NCBI RefSeq assembly: GCF_009914755.1
Contig: NC_060933.1
Source of the DNA: the human T2T-CHM13v2.0 reference genome, Homo sapiens
Strand: one strand, 5' to 3'
Length of the DNA stretch: 64,000 nucleotides
Positions 48,200-62,226 of this stretch are shown here, one piece after another. The notes below the pieces were generated by a model. It had not been told where the DNA came from. It made no database searches and worked only from the letters and a program-made list of their open reading frames with translations. A program made the translations under genes and the position numbers. Each line of letters opens with the position of its first letter. Position 1 is the first letter of the stretch.

Positions 48200-49200
48200 G
48201 ACTTCATAGCCAACAAAATCCACTATGAATATTTTATCATGTTCCCTTTTAAGAAAGAATTTTTATTTTAGTGTCTGCATAAGTGATTGATAAATATTTT
48301 TGTGCCTATTTTTGCTTAGTTTTTTCTGTATATGCGAAAGTCAACATAAACTTATTTCTAATGATTTCCATGTGATAATCATAGAAGCATGTTTTATGAC
48401 TTAAAAGAATTCCATTTATAATATGAACCACATTATAAGTTAGTGTAATTATTCCAAAAATGTGGACTATGTAGGGTGTTTTAAGTTTTTCTCTGTGATA
48501 AGTGGCATTAAAACTTTTTGTAAAAATTTTTGTATTGTGCCAATATTAAATCTGAAATGCAGAGTATGGAAGTTTCTCTCACCATGTCAGATGCATCCAG
48601 GTTTAAAAAAATTATAATTATAAATTTAAAATTCATACTTATAATTTTAAATTTATGATTATAAATTAATTATAATTATCAGAATCATTAAATTTATGAA
48701 TATTTGTTATACATATAAATATATAATAAATAAAAATATAATTTATTAAAATTTATAAATTCTAAATTTTAAAAAATTTTTTCTGCTTCCAGTCTGAAAA
48801 TACATGCTGAAAGCAGAATTCAGAAGTATAATATCTTGAAATGCTCTCAAACATTAACTGAAACCAAATTTTCTAGCTAATAAATGTCTGAAAATTGATT
48901 TTTTTCTTTTCTGCTTGAATGATATATAATTTTGAAACTTATATCTTGTCTTTAAATTTGCATTTTTTAGTTATTGATTAGATTAACCATTATGTCTCAT
49001 AGTTACAGGTTATTTTTATTCCATTTTTTAATTAATATTTTTGATTTTTTGCATAGTCCCTAAAATGGCAACTATTTTGTTTTATTAAGTACTCTATAAA
49101 TTAAGGGTATTTATCCTTATAGTATAGATGCCCCCAATGTACAGTTTGGCTTTTAATTTTTTTAACAGCATTTCCTGTTACCTCTTTTGCATACTAATCT
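48200..49200 (-). mobile_element. Ancient L1ME-like fragment with AT-rich insert
   Basis: Degenerate antisense L1 motifs (tttaaatttgcattttttagttatt, ttattaagtactctataaattaagg). Confidence 0.45.
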
Positions 49201-50599
49201 TCTCAAATTAAAAAAGAAAAAGAAAATACTTTTAGTTCTTGGGTTCACAAAACAATGAGATTTTCGCAACCATTAACATGTTCTTCTTTACACACAGGAA
49301 ACTGATTCTTATGTTATTTTGACAGGTGTAAAGAAAGGCCTGTGGCCCCTTCAGGAACAGGTAGGGAGGCTGCTATTCTGATCTTGCAGAAAGAAAAGCA
49401 TCACACTTCTAAGAAAAGAGCAGGCTGACTTTGTTCCTGTATAGCTCTTCTTACTATTCATTTCCAATTAGTCTTCACATTCCTAACCAAAAACATCAGT
49501 TATCCTGGTGATTATATAGTTCTAGTATTTTATGATGAGATTCATGTGTGTGTATCTGTTAGAGTACTTAAAAATCATGTCTGTAATTATTTACTTACAG
49601 TTATTTCTTCCCAAGAACCATGAGCTTCTAAGGAACTTGCTCTAATGTTATGTCTAGTATAGAATAGCTGTCTACTTAATGTTAACTGAATAGCATAATT
49701 ACCTAATTAGTTAAATGACAGGAAATAGAGAGTGAAATAGAGAGGGATGGAAGAGGAGAGTAAATATGCAAGTGCACTGATCTCCCATGCCATGAAAGGA
49801 CTAGTTAAATCATGACACCTGCAGACACCAAAAAAAGAGAAAATGTTGTGTCACTCAGTCACCTTCTCAAGCAGAAAGGAGATAGGCTGGGCTTCAAGCA
49901 GCCTGTGCATTTACCCAATTCTCTGCTGTCCTGGGTGAGATATTATCATTATAATAGCTCCGCTGCTGCACAGTCCTGTCATCACAGTGTGCTGGCCTTA
50001 CCCTCTTTCGGGCCATGCTCCCTTTCAAATCTGCTTTCTCATATTTCCGCTATTATGATTATGACAAACAAAAGAGAGTTTTGACCTTGAGAGAAGCACA
50101 ATTCCATTTCTGTTGCCTCATATACCACGTGGCAGCTCACTCACTCTTGCACAAAGAGAAGTCTACCAAATCAGCCTCTTTTAAAGATCAGAGCACCTGC
50201 AGCATATGGATTTTTAAAAAGAAAATACAGGAAATAGGAATTAAATTAAGGAATACAAGAGATACAGCAAGGTAAAACACAGTGGTAACTAAGCAAAAAA
50301 GTAGGGGAAAAAATCTTTCAGAGAAAGAGAATATTTAGTTCTAAGAGGATCAAAAGCTAGAGTTTCTGTGAAGTATAGTTTCCTGAAGGAGTGGATACAT
50401 CGTTTATGTTGAAGTTTAGGATACTGACAAGGTAATATTAAACTAAACTACTGCAGAATTAGGTCTTCTATGTGAAGTTTCTAGGATTAATCAATAAACC
50501 ATGACCTAAGAGAACTATTTAGAAATTTTTCCTGAGAGACAGTTGCTCAGTAGTTTGGTAACGTTCAGTCATATCATCTTTTACTGAAAATATATTTAT

Positions 50600-50776
50600 A
50601 CAGGGGAGGGTGCGGTGGGGAGTGCATTAGGGAAAAGAGCTAATGCATGCTGTGCTTAATACCTAGGTGATGGGTTGATAGGTGCAGCACACCACCATGG
50701 CACACATTTACCTATGCAACAGACCTAACCTCCTGCACATGTACCCTGAAACTTAAAAATACAATAATTTTAAAAA
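50600..50776 (+). mobile_element. Short 3' end of L1PA (7-10-like)
   Basis: gctaatgcatgctgtgcttaatacctaggtgatgggttgataggtgcagc; TSD gaaaatatatttat. Confidence 0.9.
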
Positions 50777-50976
50777 GAAAATATATTTATTAATCATAAT
50801 ACAATAGGAACTCAAAATGTATACAACACAATTGATGTAAAAAGTACAGCAGGCATAATGGCAAAATGGACATTACTTATTTATCATCTCTATTTCCATT
50901 TTCAGAAGGAAAAAAAGAAGTTTCCATGTAAGGCATTCAGTCATGTGTATGCTTAAACTCAGTCTCATTGTTCTAG

Positions 50977-51280
50977 TTTTTATTTTTATTTTATTTTTGA
51001 GATGGAGTCTCACTGTGTTGCCCAGGCTGGAGTGCAGTGATGCGATCTGGGTGTTCACTGCAACCTCCGCCTCCCGGGTTCAAGCAATTCTCTTCTCTCA
51101 GCCTCCCGAGTAGCTGAGACTACAGGCGCCCGCCACCACACCCGGCTAATTTTTTGTATTTTTAGTAGAGATGGGGTTTCACCATGTTAGCCAGGATGGT
51201 CTCGACCCCCTGACCTCATGATCCGCCTGCCTCAGCCTCCCAAAGTGCTGGGATTACAGGCATGAGCCACCATGCCCGGC
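50977..51280 (-). mobile_element. AluS
   Basis: Alu reverse complement; TSD ctcattgttctagttttta. Confidence 0.95.
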
Positions 51281-51769
51281 CTCATTGTTCTAGTTTTTAA
51301 ATGGCATTATAGAAGATGGAAAACAATTCATATCATTTCCCCCGGGATTTTACACAATATCAAAAGAATCAGAGGCTGAAATAAAAACACATGCTCGACA
51401 AAACTATGGATGCATAAGACCAAGTCTAATAAATGAGGAAGGACTGATGAATTAGTAAAGACAGATAAAGAAGTTGTGATAAAAGATCTCATAAAGTGAA
51501 GATTGTATGATTTCTCAAAATGAATAGCATATCCCATAGGGAAAATTGGTATTTCATTGGTTCTAACAATGAAGGCAAGGGCTGTAGGAAAGACTTGCGG
51601 AGACTTTATTCAGTGAGTCTGGAGCAGCAAGTGATATGGAGCTGAACCAGAGTGTCCAGATAATACAATTTTGTAAAAAGCAACTATCTGTATACTCGTG
51701 TAGAGAGAAAACACTGAATCTTTGCTCAACCCTACACTTTTGAGTTCTGGGTATAAATAAAAAAGGTAA

Positions 51770-51795
51770 ACACACACACACACACACACACACAC
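51770..51795. repeat. (CA)n microsatellite
   Basis: Read directly from the sequence. Confidence 0.95.
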
Positions 51796-51934
51796 GTTAT
51801 AACTAGATCATAAGGTAAAATTCTGCTTCTAGGAGAGCATAAACTGAGTCTTTCCTCATATAGACCTCCCTCAAATAGTTGGTCCAGGAAAATCCCACCA
51901 CTTCCAAAGATTAGCAGTATTAGAAAATTGAACT

Positions 51935-52250
51935 AGGTTGGCATGATGGCTCATGCCTGTAATTCCAACAGTTTGGGAGGCCAAGGCAGGAGGATCACTT
52001 GAGCCCAGTAGTTCAAGACCAGCCTAAGCAACATAGTTAGAACCCTTCACTACACAAAATTAAAAAAAGCAAATTAGCCTGGCATGGTGGCAGACGCCCA
52101 TAGTCCCAGCTACTTCTGAGGCTATGGTGGGAGGATTGTTTGAGCTTGGGAAGTCAAGGCTGCAGGTAGCCATTACTGTGCCACTGCACTCCAGCCTGGG
52201 TGACAGAGCCAGACCTTGTCTAAATAAATAAATAAATAAATAAATATAAA
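51935..52250 (+). mobile_element. AluJ with (TAAA)n tail
   Basis: J-type diagnostics gaggatcacttgagccc and gtcaaggctgca. Confidence 0.92.
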
Positions 52251-54068
52251 ATGAAATCAGACATGATTTATTCAGACAATACTTTGTATAAGAGAGAAGG
52301 AGCAAAAAGAATGGAAAGGGGGAAAAAAAGAAGTAATAAGAATGTAGAAAAATGTTGCTAAAGAGACACTGAAAATTATAACCAAATTCTGTCATCTATT
52401 AATCTACATCTATATATCTACATTTATATCTATATTATATATGTATTTATCTACTGTATTTATGCAGTGCATCAGCAGCAGTCTCTCAGACTACACTATC
52501 CCCATTCTATTTATTGAAGGGTTTCTACAAAGCCCTAGCCAGGATCTTGGGCCAGTAATAAGGTGTGGTTTCTACTGGCTAGATGCAGGCTAGCTTCTGT
52601 ACTATACCCCATTCTATTCCTGGCCTATATTTATTAATTTGTGTATCATATAAATTATTTGATTTCCATATTAAAACAATTTCCTGTGAGAGTTAGCAGA
52701 TATTGTGAACATCATTAGTATCCTATAAATAGATCTTTCCCTCTATCTGGGCCTCTCCTTCCAGTCTCAGAGTGGAATATAATCTGCTCTGAGATCAGAA
52801 TTGTGTCAACCTTCCTACTCTATGGATTACTGAAAAATTCTATCCTCCATTATTCTAGGCTTGGTGCTCTCAAAATTTATTCTTTGCACTTAAAGAAATG
52901 TTCTTTGCAGTTGAAAATGCTTGTTTGAGACCATAGTTAACTTTGAAAACATTATTTTCAAATGCCAACCTGCATGACTACTTTCCTTAGCCTTTAATTG
53001 GAAGCGAACATCAAGGCAGCTAAAAACAAGCATAAGATACTAGGAATATAAATATGTCAGCTAAAATGTCCAAATATAATTTATGGCATAATAATTTAAT
53101 AATTAAACCTTTATTTGCAGTGGAAAACTTGAATATATGAATATCACAATAAAGTACGTTTTTATTCAGTAATACAAATGCTTTGAGGATATTTCTAAAG
53201 CAATTTTACCATCTCTAATTTATATATAGTAATTGAAAAAAAAATAACTGAATTTTTGCTTTGTTCTTGATATTGTGCTAAGCACTAGAAACAAACAAAC
53301 AACAACAAAAAAGAATAAGGCACATTTACTTTCATTTTTCTCCTTGACTACCCTGGAGTTTAGGATTGCTCTCAACCTCTGTCATCCTCAGAAATTTATC
53401 TTCACTTTGTCATTCTATTCTGTGGAGAGGCATCAAGCCACCAAGCAACATGTTTGGGAGAACAACTTTATTCCAAAAAAGTACATTTTTTTAAGTAAAC
53501 AAGTCTTAGAAAATACTTGCCTGTGGATATGATGCTAATGTATTCTGAGATGTAATAAAATTGGGATATGGATTTATATGCCATAAATGAAAAGTATTTC
53601 CTCACCCAGCCTTCAGGGACCGTCCCCCGTTCTCTTGGTGTGTTCCCCTGCTGATTCTAATCACTCTCTAACATTAAATCAATGCTATTTATTTCTTGTG
53701 GTACATAAACTATCGACTGTCATCCTGAAGGAAGGCAAAACCAGAAATATTTTGCTTATACTTGTCCTCATTGTCTTGGGGCAAACACTCCTGACTGCTG
53801 ATTAATTCACATCGAAGGTCTTTCAATTTATGTTCTTTGAGTGATTTTTGAAAGTAAGTTCATATATTTCTTGGATTACATGAAGAATTGTATATGACTC
53901 TCTGTAGTTCTTAGGGTTTCTCCTGTTGTGATACTGTGTTGCCTATTTCCCCAGAAGTGGTTACTGAAATCACTTTAATAAGAACAATAATAATAGGAAG
54001 AAACATTATAAACTCATGTAATCCATGTAACTTTTCCATGAGTTAAATACTAGTACTACCCCTATTTA

Positions 54069-54351
<283 letters not shown>

Positions 54352-54976
54352 GGAAAGAAAAATTAAATAATAATGGGCATTGAATTCAAGATTCCAACCT
54401 GGGAATCTGGATCTAGATGCCCAGTGTCAGGCTTCTGTATTATTAAACTCAAATCTCTGTAAATTTTCTAGTAGCATTTTAACCACATGGGTCCTCGGTA
54501 CCCTAAATAGCCTCCCTTAGGAGAGAAAAAAAAATGTGACTAGGAGAAATGGGGGTTTGGAAGTAGGGAAAAATTATTATACATGTCTATGTCATTATGT
54601 ATGTTTAAGTAAGGATAAATCATGCCTATTGAGAATTGGGAAGTGATTTAGCTTTGAGAAGAGAAAATTCCTCAGCAACTGGGAAAGGAATAAAACTACA
54701 AAGAATGATAGAAACTTTGTCATTTAATTAGATGAAGGAAATCTAAGTTTTAAAAAGATGGAATAACTTTGTCACTTAATTAGTCAATAAACTTTCCAAA
54801 ATCACTAAATAAAAAAGACTTGGAAAGTTCTTCTCATTTAATTTTATATACACAATTTGTATGTTTTCCCCTTTTTTGCAGCATGAGATATGATGCATGC
54901 AATATCAAAAGTACAAAAATATTCTTGATATTGAGGATTCCATGCCACACGAAAACAAATATATCTAAAGCACTTT

Positions 54977-55165
54977 ATATATATGAGTGTGTGTATACAT
55001 ATATACACACATATATATACACATGTATATACACATATACACACATGTGATGTATGTACATGTATCCTATATATTATATATGTACATGTATACATATATC
55101 ACATACATGTGCATATATCGTGTGTGTATATACATATATATGAATATATATGTATGTATATATAA
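54977..55165. repeat. Degenerate alternating purine-pyrimidine (TA/CA/TG) tract
   Basis: Read directly from the sequence. Confidence 0.9.
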
Positions 55166-56924
55166 TTTAGAAGGATGAAATTAACTTTATGTTTAAAGGA
55201 TGATATTAACTTTAGGTTTAAAAAATTAGATTTGCTTTAGGTGCCTGCAGAACAGGCCAAGCTTTAAATAGTTAAGTGTTCATTGTCCTAACACAATGAC
55301 CAGTATTTCATATGTACTAAATAAATATATAACTTAATGAATTAAATGTAAAAGTCATGAAACTGTACAAGTTTTGGAGTCAGGTCCAGGGTTTAACTAT
55401 ATACAAACACTAAAAATAAAAGAATATGGCTCGACAATTTAGAAACTTGAAGCCATTTAACTCATAAAGAATGGTGAAGCCTTTTATTGTTTGCTTCTGC
55501 TCCAGTAGATACAATAAAAGCTCTGATTTCGGTGATATATTAAATATTTGTCATGATACTTTGTAGATGAGTTTATATATAAAGAATTGTGATATTACAT
55601 ATATCAAAATATCTTTGTGTTACTAAAAGTTTTCCTTTATTTTTATTCCAGTGCCAACAGATTTGTAGTAGAGGGAAATATGTTCATAGGAAAGAGATGG
55701 AAACAGGAAACTGGGTGCTTACGTAATAGCATTTTATGATTTAAGAAGTATCAGTGTTAATCAATTTCTATATATAAAATACATTTTTTGAAGCACACAA
55801 ACTCCCAGGTTATTGAGAATAGTAATCTAGAGTTACTAAAAAGCTAAAAAAAACTAAGAGTGAAGGTTTATAGTCTGTTCAAATGGCGGTCCATATGTGC
55901 ATATATAAACAAAGTATCAAAAAGCGGCAACAAAAGCAGAAACACAGTAGAATTTTTTTTTTTTTTTACTAGAGATATTTCAATGTGTCTGGGTCCTTAA
56001 AAGCCAGCATTATACAACATAAACAAATCAGAAGTTATTCCTCTGCTAATGTAGCTGTGAAAATCCTATGATGTCAGTGGCTTTATGAAATCCACCTGTC
56101 TGTAGTCTGGGGAGAATGCTGCCTTTTCTAATAATCTACAGATTAGCTCAGATACCTAAGTAAGGACAATATTCAGGTGCCCATAAACCTGTTATCGATG
56201 ATAAGTTTTATAGAATAATGACTATATGCCATGGTATTTTCTAAGCCCCATACCCAGATGTCAGTTATTGCGTAATAGTTATTACGTCCAGATGCCATTT
56301 TAACTCTTTTTGCGTTACATATATTATTGTATTTAATCCTATTCACCACCCTGTAAATCAGTTAGTACCATTATTTTACTATTTAAGTTGCAGAACAACA
56401 GGACTCAAAGTTTAAATTCAACTCACTATCTCCACCCCTAACATCTGGTCTGAGCCATTACCATCATATCTTGCTTCATTTATTGCTTTCCATCTCCTAC
56501 TTTTGATTTACTTTTCTCTTATCATTTAGCACCTGAATCCTATTTTATATATGCTCATGCTTCTTTTGTTGTCTTTCTTCATTTTCCTCATAACAAAGAC
56601 AAATTTATGCCTTCTAGGTAGAATAATGGAATTTGAATGAGAAGGAAAGATATCTGAAATTTATTGCTTTACTACCAGAAAGATGACTTCAAATTCTGCA
56701 GCTAGAAGCTTTCTGTTCAGTGCTCACAGTGGACTTAAGTTAGTCTATAACTTGACAGGTTACACTGGTGTTTTATCTAATCACTCATTTAATCAATTTA
56801 TAAACATTTACTGAGCAAAACTTTTTATTAAAGGCCATTTTTTAGGGGTTTGGAAAACAAAATTTAAGTATGATATCATCCCTGCCTTTAGAAAATTAGA
56901 TTATGTTATGAGATCATCATGCAA

Positions 56925-57145
56925 AATTCATCCATTCATTCTACAAGTGTTTATTGAGTACCTTCTATTTGCTAGGCACAGATCTACTGCTACACATAGG
57001 GACTTTAACAAAAGAGCAAACATCTCTGATTTCATGGAGCATATATTCTAGCACAGGGAGACAAATAATACACAGTAAATACAATATGCCAGGTGGAAAA
57101 TATATCATAGATAATAATAAGTCAGGGAAGGAGGATAAGGAGTTT
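56925..57145 (-). mobile_element. L2 3' end
   Basis: attcatccattcattctacaagtgtttattgagtaccttctatttgctaggcac. Confidence 0.75.
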
Positions 57146-57879
57146 ATACCTGAAAATGCCAATTTTGTAATGCATTAAACTGCATTGTTCTTATTCTTTT
57201 TCCTGAAAACACTTTTACTCCCATCACAGTCTTATGCATCATAGAAATCCTACCTAGAAGTTGTCTTTAGTTATTTGCTATTTAATGATTTTCTAGGTTA
57301 AAAAAATGTATATCAGCCACTAAAACCAAGCAAACAAAAATCTTAGATGACCACCTACTGTGAACACTTCCCGGAATTATCTGGATGGATTTTTCTTTTT
57401 AAAATATATATATTTTGAAATTCATATACAGGTAGAAAATGTCCTAGAAAAACTATATGAACAAACAAGAAATGTGAAAGCCCATATTTAACCCAGTTTC
57501 TGACCCATGGGAGGAGTCACTCATTATTTGTTGAATGAAGAAATGAATGAGTGTATTAAGGAATAATGAATAGAGGTGAGAATATTTAGACATTAAGATA
57601 TTTACTGGCATTTACTAATTATGATTAGTGGTACAATTCACTTGTCTACTGCTAGTATGTTCTGAATGACTCTTCACCTATGTAGTTTTTCTACATGATG
57701 GTGTACTATCACAGTGTACAGCATACTTCTAAGATGTATATTTTAATGCTAACCTTGGAATCAATACACATTGACGTATTAGGTCTTGTTTTAAAAAGTA
57801 TGAATGACACCAGAAGTGCAGAGCCAAACTGAACTCTGGCTTGAGATTACAGGAAGAATTTCTAGAAAGAAAGAAAAAT

Positions 57880-58560
57880 TGACATAGAGAGAGCTAAAAA
57901 AATTGTTGTCATCCTACAAGTTTATACAAGGGAAAACATTCTTTAAAAATGAAGGCAAAGCAAAGACACTGAGACAAACAATAACTTAGAAAATTTGTTA
58001 CCCACAGGCCGACACCAAAGGAAATGCTAAAGGGTAAGTTTTAGGCACAAGAAAAATTATTCAAGATGGAAGTATGGTGATGCATGAGGAAATGATTATC
58101 AAAGAAAATAATAAAGAATAAATACTTGAGGAAATCTAAGTGGATATTGAAAGTATACACCAGTAGTAATAATGACTTATGTAGTTCAAATATAAATCTA
58201 ATTTAAAAATACCTAGAAAGCATAACTTAAAAAGGCAGGAGGCATTGGATAATTTTTAAATGTTAGGGAAGTCATAAAAGTATTAATTTATAATAGAATT
58301 TAATTATTTGATGATGCTTGCTATGATTTTTATTGTATGCTAAATGGATGACTATTTAGAAAGCTAATAAAGTGGAAAAATCAAAATAACTTAAGGAAGT
58401 GAATATAACAAGTAGAACAAATATAAAATAAAGAGCAAAGTGACAAATTTAATCTCAATTAGTAATTACATAGCTTGTCAGGTTGGCTGAGTGGTCTAAG
58501 GTGCCAGACTCGAGGAATTACATTAAGTATAAATGGCTTACAAACAAAATGCTGCTTAAA
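57880..58560 (+). mobile_element. Ancient L1M ORF1 C-terminus to ORF2 start
   Basis: ttctttaaaaatgaaggcaaa (FKNEG), agaaaatttgttacc, ggaaatgctaaag; aattacattaagtataaatggctta (ITLSINGL, cf. ITLNVNGL). Confidence 0.7.
58477..58514 (+). pseudogene. tRNA-Leu(CAA) 5'-half tailless retropseudogene
   Basis: gtcaggttggctgagtggtctaaggtgccagactcgag is 34/38 identical to GTCAGGATGGCCGAGTGGTCTAAGGCGCCAGACTCAAG; TSD aattacat at 58464-58471 and 58516-58523. Confidence 0.9.
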
Positions 58561-60418
58561 TCTATGTATAACATAATTAAATAATCAAATTCTATGCAAT
58601 CTTCTCAGAAATATAATTAAAAGGGGCAATTAAAATGCAATAAAAACTAGAATAAAGAGGAGGAAGAAAGTCACAAATAATGTAGAAAGGGAAAAAAACA
58701 AAAAAGATAAATTAAGCAACAGTAAGGAATAGAAAAATGGGAAAAATAATTAGAAATGGCAATGTGGTTAGGGAAAGAGGAGGCTGCCTACGATCTGAGC
58801 TGCATATGGTATAAAATTAACATTATTTCAACTTTAAATGGAAAAGGGAATAAATGTATATCTACCTTCCTACTAGCAATTTTAGGTAAATATTCTTTGC
58901 AAATATCTAGAAAGATTAACTATAAAATTCTTACTTGTGTTTTAAAGCTAATTGAAGAAATTCTCCCAGAGAGGTGGAACATAGTCTACTTTACCCCAGA
59001 AAACTCTTTTAAAAATGTGATGAATAACATTCTTAACACTCAAGGTTTTATACTAAATTTCTCTAGCTTGGCCTGGAGACATATTGATAGATAGCTCAAA
59101 TCATCCACTAGAAAAGAACAATGTATCTCCATTCTCTTGATGGATTTACTCTGAAGTTCCACTTTTTTAGCTTGATCAGTCAATGCGGTTTCAGAAGAAA
59201 TGTAGTATTCAAGTTTGAAGAGTAGGTAATGTTTTCCCATATTTTATAGAATACTGACTTATTTAAATTATCTTGAGAGGATCAACTTAGAATTTCACTT
59301 CTTTAACTGACGTAAGTCAGCTGGGACCTACTCAGGGAGTGACAAGTGGGAATGAGACAGAGAGAGTAAAATCGGAAGAAGATAGATAGTTAATTTAGCA
59401 GCCAGATCAAGAAAGTTCTTACCTACAAATATCTGAAATCACAGAATTTATAGGATGAGGAGAAACTTAGTTCTAAAAGATTATAATATAACTAAATATA
59501 CTTAAGTTATAACCATAGCAATGAGTAAATATAGATATTTAAACTACAGTTACTTAAGTTATAGTATATAATACTTAAGTATATATGTACTTATGTATGA
59601 CATATAAGTAATAGATATAGATATATGTATAAATAGATATAAATATATATATATACACACTATACATTTTTGGAATTTGCACAACTAATTTCTGGGTTTG
59701 CATAACTTTAAACGGGAAGTCAAAAAGTTTCAAAACTTATTCTTTATTCCTGGCAATATGGTAAGCACCAGATTTGTGAGAAAATTTATGCTTTAAATCG
59801 AATCTTCCATTAAATAATTTCTAACATGCTGGATCAAATTTGCTAGTAATAAAACAACAGATTAGAGTTGAAATATTATCATTTTAATATTTAAAATAAG
59901 TTCCTAGAATTATCTATAGTGTATGTATGTATATATGTGTGTAGGACAGGGTGCTAATTAGCATGATAATTAAGTCCACAACTGTGGAAAAATAAATTAT
60001 ATTGCAAAGCCATTTGCACACCAATAACAAACTTTCAACACTAGAACAAAGAGATGATTAACAGAAAATAATATTACCAAGAAAACTTCAGATCTATAGA
60101 ATATACGACAATTAAGACCCTAGCAAATTTGAACCTTTTAAAAGTATCTTGCATTAAATCATTATAGTCAATGGCAAGAAGGAGTGGTGTTTGTCAGTAG
60201 GTTTTAAACTTGTTGTACTAATGCAATTATTAATAGCATCCTTTTTTAGTCTCTAACGTGACCAATTCTGATGATAAATTATATGTTCACCCTAATAAGC
60301 CTCTCTAATTTTTCCTAATTCTTATAAGCTTCTTATATTTATGTTGTAGTTTCCTTGTTTCTGCTTTATATATTATTTCAAAGTTAGCAATTCTTTATTA
60401 TATACTTTAATCTGCTGC

Positions 60419-60420
<2 letters not shown>

Positions 60421-60452
<32 letters not shown>
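60421..60452. repeat. (GT)16 microsatellite
   Basis: Read directly from the sequence. Confidence 0.95.
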
Positions 60453-60454
<2 letters not shown>

Positions 60455-62226
60455 ATGGAAGGGTGCAGGGAGTTTTTTAGAGGACATAAAACATTATTTG
60501 TTTCATTTCTGCATGTGTTCCTTCTTCATCTTAAAAGAAAAGAAAAGGAAACGTATTGGGAACATCATAAAAGATAGATAATAGAGAACATAAATTTTCA
60601 CCAAATTAAACACCGGCTAAACATTTAATAATATATATTTATAAAATGTTTAAATTCCTTTTTTATATTAAACAGATTTTAAATGTAAAACTAAGTTAAT
60701 GAAACTCTAACTGCATTTTAGCTACAATGGACTGAGTAATACCAGAGTAATTTAAATGTTAAAGGCTTATGGAGAAAAAATGTTAATAAGCAGGGTGTGA
60801 ATACATGCAAAAATTTCTTTCTTACAAAAAGAAAGAAAATAAAATCAGTTTTTAAAAAATACGTAATGAATATACTTTTAGACATCTCTCATGGAATGCT
60901 AAGCGTATTAATAGTGAATGAAAGTTCCAGAGCTGAATTCTCTAAAGTGCTTCAACATAAATTGTACCACTTATCCAACCTTTCCCACAGTTGTTATTTA
61001 AAATGCATATTACATATTATTGTAATTGAAACATATGTAAATACATGGACTTCTCAATAATTTGAAGGGTATGTTAATTTCAGGTTACAGACCATGACTT
61101 GATATATTTTTTACCTCAAAGATCTTTCTCCAGAGTATTGGCTTAATAAAAGCTTGCTGGATGATTGAACCACAGAATGAATTCCAGAAACTCAAGGATG
61201 TGTTGAATTACACTGATACTAGGATATTAAAATACTTTTCTTATATAAAACATCACCAATTGTGATGTTATAAATATAAGATGAGACAATGGAAATTAAA
61301 GTTTAATAATATATGTATGGCCAAGTGAACTGGAAATAAGATAACTTGAAGGTACCACTACAAGTTGTCATTTGTACATTGAGAAAAATCTGAGAGCAAA
61401 TTCAGTGTACTGAATATGTTGCCAAAGGCTAGGGATTAGTGTTTATCTAAAGTAAATCACCTGCTACCACCAACTTTGCCTTGGTCATAGTTTTATCAAA
61501 ATTAAATATTTGATGTCCTTTAGGGTGTAACTCACTCTTCCAGTCAGGCATGATGGGCTTGAATACCGCAAGGCATTTCTGAGTCACTTTCAGAATCTTC
61601 AAAATATTTCCCTGAGGTGAGAAGCAAATATTGAAACCTTATTTTATACCTGGAGATTCATAAGAAAACTGAAGGGTAAAATTGCTAAATGAATTGTTTT
61701 AAGGTCAAGTAGCTGTTACAGGGCAGAGTGAAACACTGGATTCTAAGCCACTTTTTTTTTTTTCAGGCAATACAATATATACTTTTGGGAATTAATTCGA
61801 TGATCAGCCCTGAAAAATAATTCAAAGAAGAGAAATATTCATTCACATGAAAATAATATTGATTAAGGCAATATATTTGGATGATTGTCAGACTCATATA
61901 TTTGAGTTAATATTTACAATTACATTATCACAGTAGCCTAGAAAAATCCAGGCAGTTAAAAAAAATCTTTTAAAATGTATCCTTCCTTCTTCCTTTGTAA
62001 AATAATTCCCCACTTCTAATCCTAACTAGATTAAATGCAGGAATACAGCCATTAAAAAATTACATAGTCTTCTAAAGAGAAGACTCAATGTTTTCCAATG
62101 ATCTGTGCATACCTGAAATCACAGACTATGTTGGATAGGAATATGAAAAGAATATATAGTTCTGTGATAAATGCATACATATAGCTGGAGTGGCTGAGTC
62201 TGTGATATAAGACAATAGTCGAACGC

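Noticed and set aside
58477-58514. Functional tRNA gene
   Set aside because: No 3' half, T-arm or B-box; anticodon mutated.
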